From a virus: 64,000 nt of DNA. Location: IMG/VR virus record IMGVR_UViG_3300013307_000002, positions 18,362-82,361 of that record; one strand, written 5' to 3'. The translations under genes and the position numbers were made by a program. The notes below the pieces were generated by a model. The model worked only from the letters and a program-made list of their open reading frames with translations, searched no databases and was not told the DNA's origin. Of this stretch, positions 37,585-46,802 are shown one piece after another (within the stretch, counting starts at the first letter, position 1; each line of letters begins with the position of its first letter).

Positions 37585-38127
37585 ATGTTTATAATGAGTT
37601 TATTAGGTTCTAAAGAATTACATGATGTAATCGATCAAGGTTTTCTGGATGCTAAGCATGAGTTTGTTAATGCAGCATCTATTGATATTCGTATTGGCGA
37701 CACCATTCTGGTAGAAGTTGCTGCGAGTGGTGTTGTTGATATTGATAAGAAAGAGAATCTTAACTGGAAAGAAGTTGTTATTCCAGATGAAGGTTATGTG
37801 GTGAAGCCCGGTGAGTTCTTCTTGGCTCATAGTGTTGAAGAGTTTAACCTCCCTGATAATATCAGTGGACAGTTTATTCTCCGTAGCTCTATGGCTCGTT
37901 GTGGTATGAATCACGCATTTGCCGGTTGGGTGGATGCAGGCTTCACTAAAAGTAAACTAACTTTTGAATTTTATAATATAACCCAGCATCATAGCTTGAG
38001 GATTAAGAAGGGGATGCGTGTTGGTCAAATGGTATTTTCTGAACACTCACCTGCTGGAGACCACTCATATGCTGTGAAAGGTAACTACAACAACAGTGCG
38101 AGTGTAAGAGCAAGTAATGGTGTTTGA
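37585..38127 (+). CDS. dcd: dCTP deaminase
   Basis: AASIDIRIG, RSSMARCG, VDAGF, LTFE, GQMVF, GNY motifs. Confidence 0.88.
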   Translation: MFIMSLLGSKELHDVIDQGFLDAKHEFVNAASIDIRIGDTILVEVAASGVVDIDKKENLNWKEVVIPDEGYVVKPGEFFLAHSVEEFNLPDNISGQFILRSSMARCGMNHAFAGWVDAGFTKSKLTFEFYNITQHHSLRIKKGMRVGQMVFSEHSPAGDHSYAVKGNYNNSASVRASNGV

Positions 38128-38575
38128 TTTACCAGAAATTAAAAGAAGGTTTGATTACCATCAAGATGGGTATTTGATCTGGAAAATTTCTCCTTCTAAT
38201 AATGTAAAAGTGGGCGACATAGCTGGGTGTTTAAATAGGGATGGTTATTATAGAGTAACTATAAATAACAGAATTTACCTTCTTCATAGGATTATTTATT
38301 TTTGGCATCACGGAGTTCTTCCTGAACTTATTGACCATAAAGACAGGAATCCTTTGAATAATAAAATAGATAACCTGAGAAGCTCAGATAAAACAAGAAA
38401 CGGCCTAAACAGAGGTGCTAATAAAAATAGCAAATCTGGCATAAAAGGTGTTTCATTTGATGTATCAAGAACTAAGTGGAAAGCTCAACTAAAAATCGGA
38501 TCTAAAGTTTATTCTAAAAGGTTTGATAGTTGTGATGATGCAGTAGCTTGGTTAGAAAATTTAAGGAAGGTATAA
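38117..38575 (+). CDS. HNH endonuclease with AP2-like domain
   Basis: LHRII...IDHKDRNPLNNKIDNLR...SGIKGVS...WKAQ. Confidence 0.9.
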   Translation: MVFDLPEIKRRFDYHQDGYLIWKISPSNNVKVGDIAGCLNRDGYYRVTINNRIYLLHRIIYFWHHGVLPELIDHKDRNPLNNKIDNLRSSDKTRNGLNRGANKNSKSGIKGVSFDVSRTKWKAQLKIGSKVYSKRFDSCDDAVAWLENLRKV

Positions 38576-39064
38576 TGTCTCAAGTAAAAGTGTCAAAAGA
38601 AGATGGTCGCTATTTCATCCAAATCGATGAAGGGGAAACTGGAGTAAATCTTTTTGTAAAAGAAGATACTCTTCCACTCTTACAAGAGGCTATCACCACT
38701 CAATTTAACTCAGAAATCGTTCTGGATGATTTTGTCCTAGACGATGATGACTGTGCGGGGTGCAAGATTTAATGATTGTAAAAGATAGAAAGGGTGATTG
38801 GGTTGCTCGTATTTACACACAAAATCCCGGTGAGGACTTTAAGGTGATTTGTGAGCAGTATTATGCTACCAGAGCTGAAATGCGTGATGGTATTCAGTTG
38901 TGGAAAAAGCTAACAGCTAGCTCCACCACTAAAGTAAAAATCAAAAGCTATCGAATTAAAATTTTAGGGGAGTCTATTGTCACCCCTATGGGCGTCTTCA
39001 ACACAGTGGTATACAAAGAAGCTCGATAATGGAAAAAAGGGTGGGACTTTTGTCCTGCCCTTTA

Positions 39065-39073
39065 TAATGTATA
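39065..39073 (+). promoter_or_regulatory. Candidate phage-sigma promoter
   Basis: TAATGTATA matches the consensus reported for the phiEco32 gp36 sigma; intergenic, upstream of thioredoxin. Confidence 0.55.
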
Positions 39074-39111
39074 TAATAGTATCTATGTACACATGAATAA
39101 GGATATTCAAA

Positions 39112-39369
39112 ATGGTATTGACTAAATTATATACTGATAGCTGCCAGCCTTGTAAGGATATGGCTCCTGTCATTGAAAAAGTTCTGGAAGATTTCCCTGA
39201 GATTGAATTTAAGGAAGTAAATGCTCGCACGGAAGAAGGTGCTGCTAAAGCGGCTGAGCTGGGTGTTCGTTCCGTTCCTACCCTGTTCCTTAATAATGAC
39301 TATAAGCATAGCGGCCCAATGTCTGAATCTCAGCTAAGGTCGTGGCTTAGTAATTATCAAGGAGCATAA
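39112..39369 (+). CDS. Thioredoxin
   Basis: CQPC active site; GVRSVPT cis-Pro motif. Confidence 0.9.
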   Translation: MVLTKLYTDSCQPCKDMAPVIEKVLEDFPEIEFKEVNARTEEGAAKAAELGVRSVPTLFLNNDYKHSGPMSESQLRSWLSNYQGA

Positions 39370-39692
39370 TGATGATTGATCTCAGACAAGTTGCTCCTCC
39401 TGAAGAAGTCGTAGCCCAATCAAGGGTTATGCAAAAGTATTATCACCGAGATATGCTAGGTCGTTATATCAAGAACCGAGATATTGTGGCTTGGTCTATC
39501 GGCAATCAAGGTTATCTGTTGAAGGTTCTCCAAGTAGTAGGAAGCACAGCTAAGCGTGTTAAAGTCTATGACCCTGAGAAGGGTAAGTCTAAGGATGTTT
39601 TACCAACTAACTGTATTGTGATCACACAGCAGGTGTTGGATAATATTCAGAGAAACGTAGCTCATTCCGAAAACGTAGATGGAGATGTATAA
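39369..39692 (+). CDS. Hypothetical protein
   Basis: Coupled ORF; DMLGR.I..D.VA motif. Confidence 0.6.
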   Translation: MMIDLRQVAPPEEVVAQSRVMQKYYHRDMLGRYIKNRDIVAWSIGNQGYLLKVLQVVGSTAKRVKVYDPEKGKSKDVLPTNCIVITQQVLDNIQRNVAHSENVDGDV

Positions 39693-40135
39693 TGATTGAA
39701 ACTTCAATGGGTCGCCTTGATGCAATGCAAAATCTTATCAGTGGATATAATTCAGAGACAGACGTTCTTAATGATTTGTCTCGACATGCACTGACTGTAT
39801 TAACTAATGCACATGTCGCTGAGTATAGCGATGATAAATGTGATTTAATACATCAACTTATTGATGATTTTTCTTGTCACTACTCTAAAATTGCTCGTCG
39901 CCTTCAGATTAAAGGTCGAACTATGACCTTAAGCGACATTCCTTGTTGCAGTTTCGTTTCAGAAGAAATGGTTATCCCTCAATTGCTCTCCTTAATTTCA
40001 GAAATGCGGGACTGCCTGCTCTCTGGTATTAATGTAATGAGTATAGGAGATAAATATATTCTAGGTGAAATTGCTGCTAAGTTAGATGATACTATCTATT
40101 GTCTATCTGAATGCTTAATGAACGACGATGAATAA
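39692..40135 (+). CDS. Divergent Dps/ferritin-like protein
   Basis: Four-helix pattern (NAH...H.LID...IARRLQIKG); similar position to Dps in phiEco32-like phages. Confidence 0.5.
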   Translation: MIETSMGRLDAMQNLISGYNSETDVLNDLSRHALTVLTNAHVAEYSDDKCDLIHQLIDDFSCHYSKIARRLQIKGRTMTLSDIPCCSFVSEEMVIPQLLSLISEMRDCLLSGINVMSIGDKYILGEIAAKLDDTIYCLSECLMNDDE

Positions 40136-40194
40136 TTTCCTGAATTACCCTGCATGATGCGGGGTTTTCTTGTCCTCAATATAAGGAGAGTAGC

Positions 40195-42141
40195 TTGACA
40201 CAAACAGCAGAGGTAGTATTAGCAGAAGGTTTTAATGAATCAGTAGCTGGAATTGCTCAGCAGCAGATTGATGCATTCTCTAATGGTATTGAATCGTTTG
40301 ATAAGTTAAGAAATAGGACACCGAGATTTGAAGGTGAACGAGTATACCTAAAGTCTTGGAATGAAGGTGTTGGTAAGGGTGGTGGTTTCTTTGTTGGTAA
40401 ATTGACTAGACAAGCTGACGATGGTGGTTACATTGCTTCTGTAGGAAGTAATTATCACTGGAAGCGTGAATGTGTAGACATTGACCATCTGACAGTTCTA
40501 GACTTTGGAGCTGTAGGTGATGGAACAACTGATGACGCTCCTGCTGTTCGTAGGATGATTGATTTCTCTTATAGTAATTACGCTAAGACAATCAGTATTC
40601 ATGCTGGTCGTGTTGGTGTTAGATTTCCAACTGGATCTTTCAACGTAAGCCCTATTGATATTACAGATAAAGGAGAAGTTCCTGAATTTGTTATCTTTGC
40701 TCCGTGGATGATCTTTGGTGTAATGCCTCTGACGACTATCACCTCAGATAAGAGTGATAAACCTGTATTCCTTGTAAAAGCTCGTCGTATGACAGTGCAT
40801 GGAATCAATTGGGATGGTCAACAGACTACTCCAATTAATCGTAGGAATGAAAGTAACCCGACAGGCACTAATATGCTTGTAGGCGCTACTCTGGGTATCT
40901 TTAATGATACAGCAAGTAATAAACAATCATTCCTAAGAAATATTTGTTCAGGTGGTGAATATGTTCGAATCCACTGTTTCCGTGCTTATCGTACTGGCGG
41001 TGTGGTATTCGATACCCTTGATACGTTGGATACTAAACTTGATCAAGTATATGGCAATATGACAGCAGCTCCGTTTATTACAGCGGGCTGGTCAAATCAG
41101 TCATGGGCTTCATGGGATCATTCAACAGCATTAGAGCTTTCAAATGCGAACTTCCAGTTCTGTATGGCTCCTGCTATTTATGCTCCTCGTTGTGCTCAGT
41201 CTATCTTTGATAATGTTTGGTTTGAACATGGAGCTATTCCTTTCGACATTAACAACGGTCACTTCCGACTGATGAATGTTAGTGTTGAAGATTGTGTTTA
41301 CAATCCTGTTGCTTGGAAAGCTCGACTGAATATTCAAGGTTGGTCTGGCCCTACTGGTAATAAACTAGACACTACAACCACTCCTACTGATGCAGCATGG
41401 CCTAGCTATCCTACTAATCCTGATGGTCAACCTATCACTGGTTGGTTATCTGGTTATGAAGATGGTAAGTTTGAATTAGAGCATTACGGCGCTCGGTTTG
41501 ATTGCCCTGTTCGTATTCTCTGGAGTGAGGGTAATGTTCGTGGTCGTAATAACACCGGTTCTTCAGTGTGGGTTAAACTCTGTAGATTGCAGTCTCAAAC
41601 AGTGGGTCAGCAATGGGAGTTAGAAATCCTATCTAAGAATGGTTATAGTGGACTGAGAGCAGCACCTAAGCCTACTGGCGATGGTACAGCAGGTAAGACA
41701 GTAATTCGAGTACAGAGGGGCGCTGGTTCAGCTCCTATTCTCTCTATGCATCATGAAGGTTTTAATGGTATTCTAGAGGCTCAGTATACTGCTCCTTATA
41801 GTAATATCGTAGAGATTTGGGTGAAAGTAGCTGCTTGGTGTGGTGAATATGCAATGTTCGCTAAATCAACAGGAGTCACTCGTTATGATGCAGGAGCTTG
41901 TTGTATCTTCACCCCTTATGGTGATCAACAGACAGATGCTCCGGGTCTTACACCTATTGCCCCTATGTTCAGTTTACATAATGGACAGGCAGGAGTTGGT
42001 GCTTATGGAGATACGATTGCGTTTGATACAGCGTTTGTAGCAGCCAATCAAATCGATACAAGTAAAACACCTGTATATGTTAAAGTCCGATTTAACGGGA
42101 AAGACTATGCATTAGCTTTAAGTAGCTTGCTAGCTTCCTAA
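40195..42141 (+). CDS. EPS depolymerase / tailspike-like beta-helix enzyme (AmsF/WceF-like)
   Basis: LR...P.FEGERVYLKSW...GGGFF...DDGGYIA N-domain; DFGAVGDGTTDD beta-helix entry motif. Confidence 0.8.
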   Translation: MTQTAEVVLAEGFNESVAGIAQQQIDAFSNGIESFDKLRNRTPRFEGERVYLKSWNEGVGKGGGFFVGKLTRQADDGGYIASVGSNYHWKRECVDIDHLTVLDFGAVGDGTTDDAPAVRRMIDFSYSNYAKTISIHAGRVGVRFPTGSFNVSPIDITDKGEVPEFVIFAPWMIFGVMPLTTITSDKSDKPVFLVKARRMTVHGINWDGQQTTPINRRNESNPTGTNMLVGATLGIFNDTASNKQSFLRNICSGGEYVRIHCFRAYRTGGVVFDTLDTLDTKLDQVYGNMTAAPFITAGWSNQSWASWDHSTALELSNANFQFCMAPAIYAPRCAQSIFDNVWFEHGAIPFDINNGHFRLMNVSVEDCVYNPVAWKARLNIQGWSGPTGNKLDTTTTPTDAAWPSYPTNPDGQPITGWLSGYEDGKFELEHYGARFDCPVRILWSEGNVRGRNNTGSSVWVKLCRLQSQTVGQQWELEILSKNGYSGLRAAPKPTGDGTAGKTVIRVQRGAGSAPILSMHHEGFNGILEAQYTAPYSNIVEIWVKVAAWCGEYAMFAKSTGVTRYDAGACCIFTPYGDQQTDAPGLTPIAPMFSLHNGQAGVGAYGDTIAFDTAFVAANQIDTSKTPVYVKVRFNGKDYALALSSLLAS

Positions 42142-42147
42142 ATAAAT

Positions 42148-42174
42148 AACCTCGCTTCGGCGGGGTTTTCTTTT
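42148..42174 (+). terminator. Intrinsic terminator
   Basis: ACCTCGC-TTCG-GCGGGGT stem plus T tract. Confidence 0.8.
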
Positions 42175-42187
42175 CTCTGGAGTAAGT

Positions 42188-42502
42188 ATGAAAAATCTTC
42201 CACAGCTTATTAATCTTTGTCGTAAAGCTCTTATGCCGCCTGCTTCTCCAGTAGAAGAGAAGACTACTGTGACGCCTAAAAAGTTTTCTTTATCAGAAGC
42301 TCACGCTATTCTATGTATTGCTGAGGAAGAGCGTAGACGTTCTTGTAATCAGTTACGGTTAGGGCAGGCTATCTGGAACGTAGCGAGAGATAAAAATCCA
42401 GATCTTATGTCAGCGCATTGTGCTACTGATAAAGATTTCTTCTATTTTAGAGATCCTCATAAGGCTTTAGAATACTTCAACACTTATTATGTAGAGCATT
42501 AA
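42188..42502 (+). CDS. Hypothetical protein
   Basis: RLGQAIWN...DFFY motif of small phage proteins. Confidence 0.65.
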   Translation: MKNLPQLINLCRKALMPPASPVEEKTTVTPKKFSLSEAHAILCIAEEERRRSCNQLRLGQAIWNVARDKNPDLMSAHCATDKDFFYFRDPHKALEYFNTYYVEH

Positions 42503-43109
42503 AATGAAATGCTTTAGTTGTAGTAGTCCTCAAGTGAATCTAAGATATTACTCTATGCAAGAGTTAAAGAAGGGTTCACCCACTAGAGGGAAGAATAAAG
42601 AGTATGTTACTGTTAAAGTTAAACATGCAACCTGTAAAGTTTGTCAAGCTCAATCAGCGGAGTATTCATGAAAGTAGCTATTTTAATTTGCGATGCTGGG
42701 GATGGCTCAGCATATTTGGACTGGTTTAAAAATGTTGAACTGGCAAAGTCTATTAGCAATAAACATGAAGATTATTATATGAACGAAGGATCTCCAAACA
42801 TTATTGAGGTTCCAGATGGTTGGTCGCCTCCGAGTGGATTCTCTGATGATATGTTTTCAGACAATGGAGAGGAAGAATAATGGCTGTAAATAACTCTCGT
42901 CGTTTTCGTGTAGCAGAACCTCCTGCTTCTTCTCCAGATAAGTTTAGAGTTACCCTCACTCAGTGGAATCCTGAGTTTACAGAGGTTCGTTGGCAGGATG
43001 TTAAAGTAGCTAAAACAATGGGTCAGGCTGCTAAGATTAAAGGCGACTTTGAGGCAGAGCATTTTACCAACATCGGAAATATTGAATCAATTTAAGTAAG
43101 GAGTCATGG

Positions 43110-43766
43110 ATGACTGCGGAAGTAAAACTAGTAAGTATTACCCCTGATGCAGAAGCAACTATGGGTTACATCGCTCGTGTATCAAACCCAGCTAATCAGA
43201 ACAACCCAAATGTTGCAGGTCTGCTTTCTTATTGTCTACGTCATGGTCACTGGTCTGTATTTGAACAGGCTACAATGACTCTGGAGATTAAGACAACGAG
43301 AGCTATCTCAGCTCAGATTCTTCGTCATCGAAGCTTCACTTTCCAAGAGTTTAGTCAGCGGTATGCTGAAGTCAGTTCGGAGTCTCTGGAAGTTCCAGAA
43401 CTCAGAGCACAAGACACTACAAATCGTCAGAACTCTTTTGTTGTAGAAGGTGAAGAACAGAAAGCGGTATTTGAAGGCTTTCAAAAAGAAGCTGAAATAC
43501 TCTTTGAAGAGATTATGGATCTCTATGAAGAGATGCTTAGATTCGGTGTTGCTAAAGAATGTGCTCGAATGATTCTTCCTATGTGTTCACCTACCACGAT
43601 TTATATGACTGGTAATGTTCGTAGTTGGATTAATTATATTAACCTCCGTGCTGCTAATGGTACACAGAAAGAGCATATGGAAGTAGCTGAGCTGGCTAAG
43701 AAAGTATTTGTAGAACAACTACCTATTGTTTCAAAAGCATTAGGTTGGGTTTCTGAGACTGAGTAA
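43110..43766 (+). CDS. thyX: FAD-dependent thymidylate synthase
   Basis: HWSVFE, QILRHRSFTFQEFSQRY (RHRx7S), KECARMILP, TQKEH. Confidence 0.95.
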   Translation: MTAEVKLVSITPDAEATMGYIARVSNPANQNNPNVAGLLSYCLRHGHWSVFEQATMTLEIKTTRAISAQILRHRSFTFQEFSQRYAEVSSESLEVPELRAQDTTNRQNSFVVEGEEQKAVFEGFQKEAEILFEEIMDLYEEMLRFGVAKECARMILPMCSPTTIYMTGNVRSWINYINLRAANGTQKEHMEVAELAKKVFVEQLPIVSKALGWVSETE

Positions 43767-44217
43767 GAGGAGAGTAGAATGAATATTATCTACGTTGCGT
43801 TTATTGTTTATATCGTATTGTCAGCTATTCCTGTTTATCTTCTTTTCCGCTGGAAACGAAAGCATGAACAAGACCTTAGAAACCTAGCTATGCAATCTGG
43901 TAAAATGGCAGTAGCACAATTAAATCAGACTCTTCTTATCAGTGACCTCTCAGAACGAATGACATCGTTAGAGTCTAAGACAGAGGAGTCTAAAACTCAA
44001 TGATGGCAAGTATGGAGGTTAAAATGGGAGTTGATACAGTGAAATGGTGTGACGATAAAATGAAAGAGGCTATCGAAGGTGGTAAGCAACAAGAAGCTGC
44101 TGCCTATGCTAGACTCAAACATATGTGGGAAGAAAGAGTAAATGATCCGAGTAAGAAACCTGATAACGGGTAAGATTGAAGAAGCTCACTTTGACAACGA
44201 CTTTTGGAGATTGAAAG

Positions 44218-44727
44218 ATGAAGTACGTACAAGGGAATCTGTTGACGGCTCTACAATCTGGCAAGCTGGATGTGATCGCCCATCAGACGAACTGCTTCTG
44301 CAAGGGTCGTCGTGGAATAGCACCTCAAATCTTTGATGCCTTTCCTGAAGCTAAGCTTGCTGACGATAAAACAGAAGTAGGCGATGCAAGCAAGATGGGC
44401 AACTTTACTGTAGCGACCACTATGTGTGGTGGTCGTGTTTATAACCTCTATGGTCAATATCATTTTGATAACAGGAAGTCTGACTATGGAACTCATTATC
44501 CCTCTTTGCAGAACTCTTTATATGAAATGGCTTGTGATTTGCGAGAAGTTTATAGAAGCTCTACCGATGATACTCCTATTAGGGTTGGCTTTCCTCTCAT
44601 TGGCTGCGGCCTTGCCGGGGGTGATTGGAATCGTGTTTCAGAGTTTATAAAGAATGCCTTTGATGGCCCAGAATATGATGTTTATATTTATACTTTAAAT
44701 AAAATGGATGGTGTTCAATATGTCTAA
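44218..44727 (+). CDS. Macrodomain ADP-ribose binding/hydrolase protein
   Basis: GNLL...IAHQTNC...GIA...YNLYGQ...FPLIGCGLAGGDW. Confidence 0.88.
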   Translation: MKYVQGNLLTALQSGKLDVIAHQTNCFCKGRRGIAPQIFDAFPEAKLADDKTEVGDASKMGNFTVATTMCGGRVYNLYGQYHFDNRKSDYGTHYPSLQNSLYEMACDLREVYRSSTDDTPIRVGFPLIGCGLAGGDWNRVSEFIKNAFDGPEYDVYIYTLNKMDGVQYV

Positions 44728-44957
44728 GATTAGTAAAATTGCTTTACATCTGGATGTACTTTTCTGGTTTATTATTGTTGTTTCTACCACAGTTTTTGAC
44801 ATGATATTTTCACCGACCTTCTGGGTGTTTGTTGCAATCTGCGGTTTGATTGAAGCATGTGCTCGTTTGTTAAAATCAGACTAATTAGCACTCTAGACTC
44901 CTTCAGATGAATGAATATGTATTGTATACGTATACACTTATCTACAAGGAGTTTAAG

Positions 44958-45275
44958 ATGCCATCAAGTAAAGGATACATTCGCAATTATGATCAAGAAA
45001 GAAAAACAGCCATCTCCAGAGGGGAAACTGGAAAAGGATCTAATTCTGGAGATGCAGTACGTCACCGCGCACGTAGGATCGTTGAAAAACGCTCTGGTAA
45101 GAGTGCAATCGCTGGAAAAGATGTTGACCACATTAAAACCATCAAGTCAGGTGGCAGTAATGAATCACACAACTTACGTATTAGATCAGCTTCCGCAAAT
45201 CGCTCAGATGGTGGAAAGTCTGGCTCTGTCAGCGGAAAAGCTAAAGGCGGAAGAAAAGGAGCTTTAAACAGTTGA
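44958..45275 (+). CDS. Small HNH protein (T7 gp7.7-like)
   Basis: GKDVDH...GGSN...NLR...ANRS; AGGAG RBS before ATG 44958. Confidence 0.8.
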   Translation: MPSSKGYIRNYDQERKTAISRGETGKGSNSGDAVRHRARRIVEKRSGKSAIAGKDVDHIKTIKSGGSNESHNLRIRSASANRSDGGKSGSVSGKAKGGRKGALNS

Positions 45276-45553
45276 GTGTAACTATAACAGTTCCTGATTA
45301 CCAAGTGCTGGAGAGCTTAACATCATCAACCGTTGTTGAGTTCTTTGGAAACGATCTTCTTACCTACTTCAGCGAATCAAGTTTAATTGAAGCTGCGGGA
45401 GGGTTAGAACATCTTGTCAGTTATTTACCTGATGATAAGATTGACGAAGAGTTTCTCCATAGGCACCCAAATCCTAGCGAAATCCTAGACTACCTAGATG
45501 ATGAAGCTATTATGGATTACCTTATTAATAAAGGTTACAATATCGAAATGTAA
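45272..45553 (+). CDS. Acidic hypothetical protein
   Basis: Coupled ORF followed by a terminator. Confidence 0.55.
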   Translation: MSVTITVPDYQVLESLTSSTVVEFFGNDLLTYFSESSLIEAAGGLEHLVSYLPDDKIDEEFLHRHPNPSEILDYLDDEAIMDYLINKGYNIEM

Positions 45554-45609
45554 AACAACCCGCTAGAGGGATCTAGTGGGTTTTCTTGTCTCTAAATTAG
45601 GATTAGCAT

Positions 45610-45897
45610 ATGTCTAAAAATATCCCTTCAAATTCAGTAGCATCTGTAGCGGTAGCTGACGTGTTCAATGACTTCGTTATGTTCCATACTTATAAAGCGT
45701 ATGACGTTAGCGAGTTTGAGAACGTAAGCATGTGGATTGAAGCAATCAATCTGTTCCAAAATAACACTGCTCGTACTAATGTTATCATCCGAGGAAGAGA
45801 CGGTAAATTCATTAGCTACAAAGATGTTCCTGCTCTTCGTGATACCGTAGCAGCATTAAAACCTTTCCCTGTTGTTGGTGAAACTGTCGGAGTTTAA
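45610..45897 (+). CDS. Hypothetical protein
   Basis: RGRDGKF motif; AGGA RBS. Confidence 0.6.
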   Translation: MSKNIPSNSVASVAVADVFNDFVMFHTYKAYDVSEFENVSMWIEAINLFQNNTARTNVIIRGRDGKFISYKDVPALRDTVAALKPFPVVGETVGV

Positions 45898-46238
45898 TAT
45901 GAAAGTCAGTATTCGTGCAGTGGTTCGTGAGGCTTTAATCAATCACGTATCAAGACCTGCTCAGCTATTTTTTATAATGAAAATTCTTGGCGTATCTAAA
46001 GATAAAGCAAAAGAACTTCTGTTTGCATTTCTATATAACGCTGAGGATGAATACTTAATGAGTTTAGCTCTCAAGGATTAATTATGGATATACTTCTCTG
46101 GCCCAATAACATTTGGGTGTTCAAGGATGATTACACAGAAGAAGAGTATAGCTGGTTGAGTGATGATTATCATGTCGTCACTCAATATACCCCTGAATGG
46201 TATTCTCTTGTTGGTGATGATTTTAAGGAGTAATTTGA

Positions 46239-46787
46239 TTGAGATATTACACAGGTATCGGAAGTAGGGAAACCCCTTTGCATATCACAGAGCTTATGAA
46301 TCGGATTGGAGAAATCTGTGCTAAGCATAACATCATCCTTAGAAGTGGAGGTGCCGAAGGCGCTGACTCTGCTTTTGAGATGGGGTGTGACTCTGTAAAT
46401 GGTGAAAAAGAAATCTTCATTCCGTGGAACAACTTCAATGGTCGTAGGTCATCTATGAAAGGTGTTTACGTCAGAGGAGATGATGTTCACTCAAGGGTGA
46501 TTGCCCACAGCCTGCATCCTGTTTTTGACAGGCTTGGGAGAGGCGCTCAAGCCCTCCATACAAGAAATGTTAATCAGGTTCTTGGGAAAGATTCAGGCAG
46601 CCCTGAGCCTAGTAGCTTTGTCTTATTCTATGCTCCTGAAACATCATCAGGCAACGTTAAAGGTGGAACAGCTACTGCCGTGAATCTCGCTAAGCGTAAT
46701 AATATTCCTTGCTGGAATATGTGGTCTAATTCTAGTTATGACCAAATCCTAGATTGGATTGATAGTATCTTTAAAGAAAAACAATAA
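46239..46787 (+). CDS. SLOG/DprA-like nucleotide-binding protein
   Basis: YTGIGSRETP...LRSGGAEGAD...RN..QV...GGTATA motifs. Confidence 0.8.
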   Translation: MRYYTGIGSRETPLHITELMNRIGEICAKHNIILRSGGAEGADSAFEMGCDSVNGEKEIFIPWNNFNGRRSSMKGVYVRGDDVHSRVIAHSLHPVFDRLGRGAQALHTRNVNQVLGKDSGSPEPSSFVLFYAPETSSGNVKGGTATAVNLAKRNNIPCWNMWSNSSYDQILDWIDSIFKEKQ

Positions 46788-46802
46788 GGAGCTTTTAGGT
46801 AC

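Noticed and set aside
36714-46802. Intron or intein joining the polymerase halves
   Set aside because: The interval is filled with ordinary genes and terminators; no splice or intein motifs were seen.
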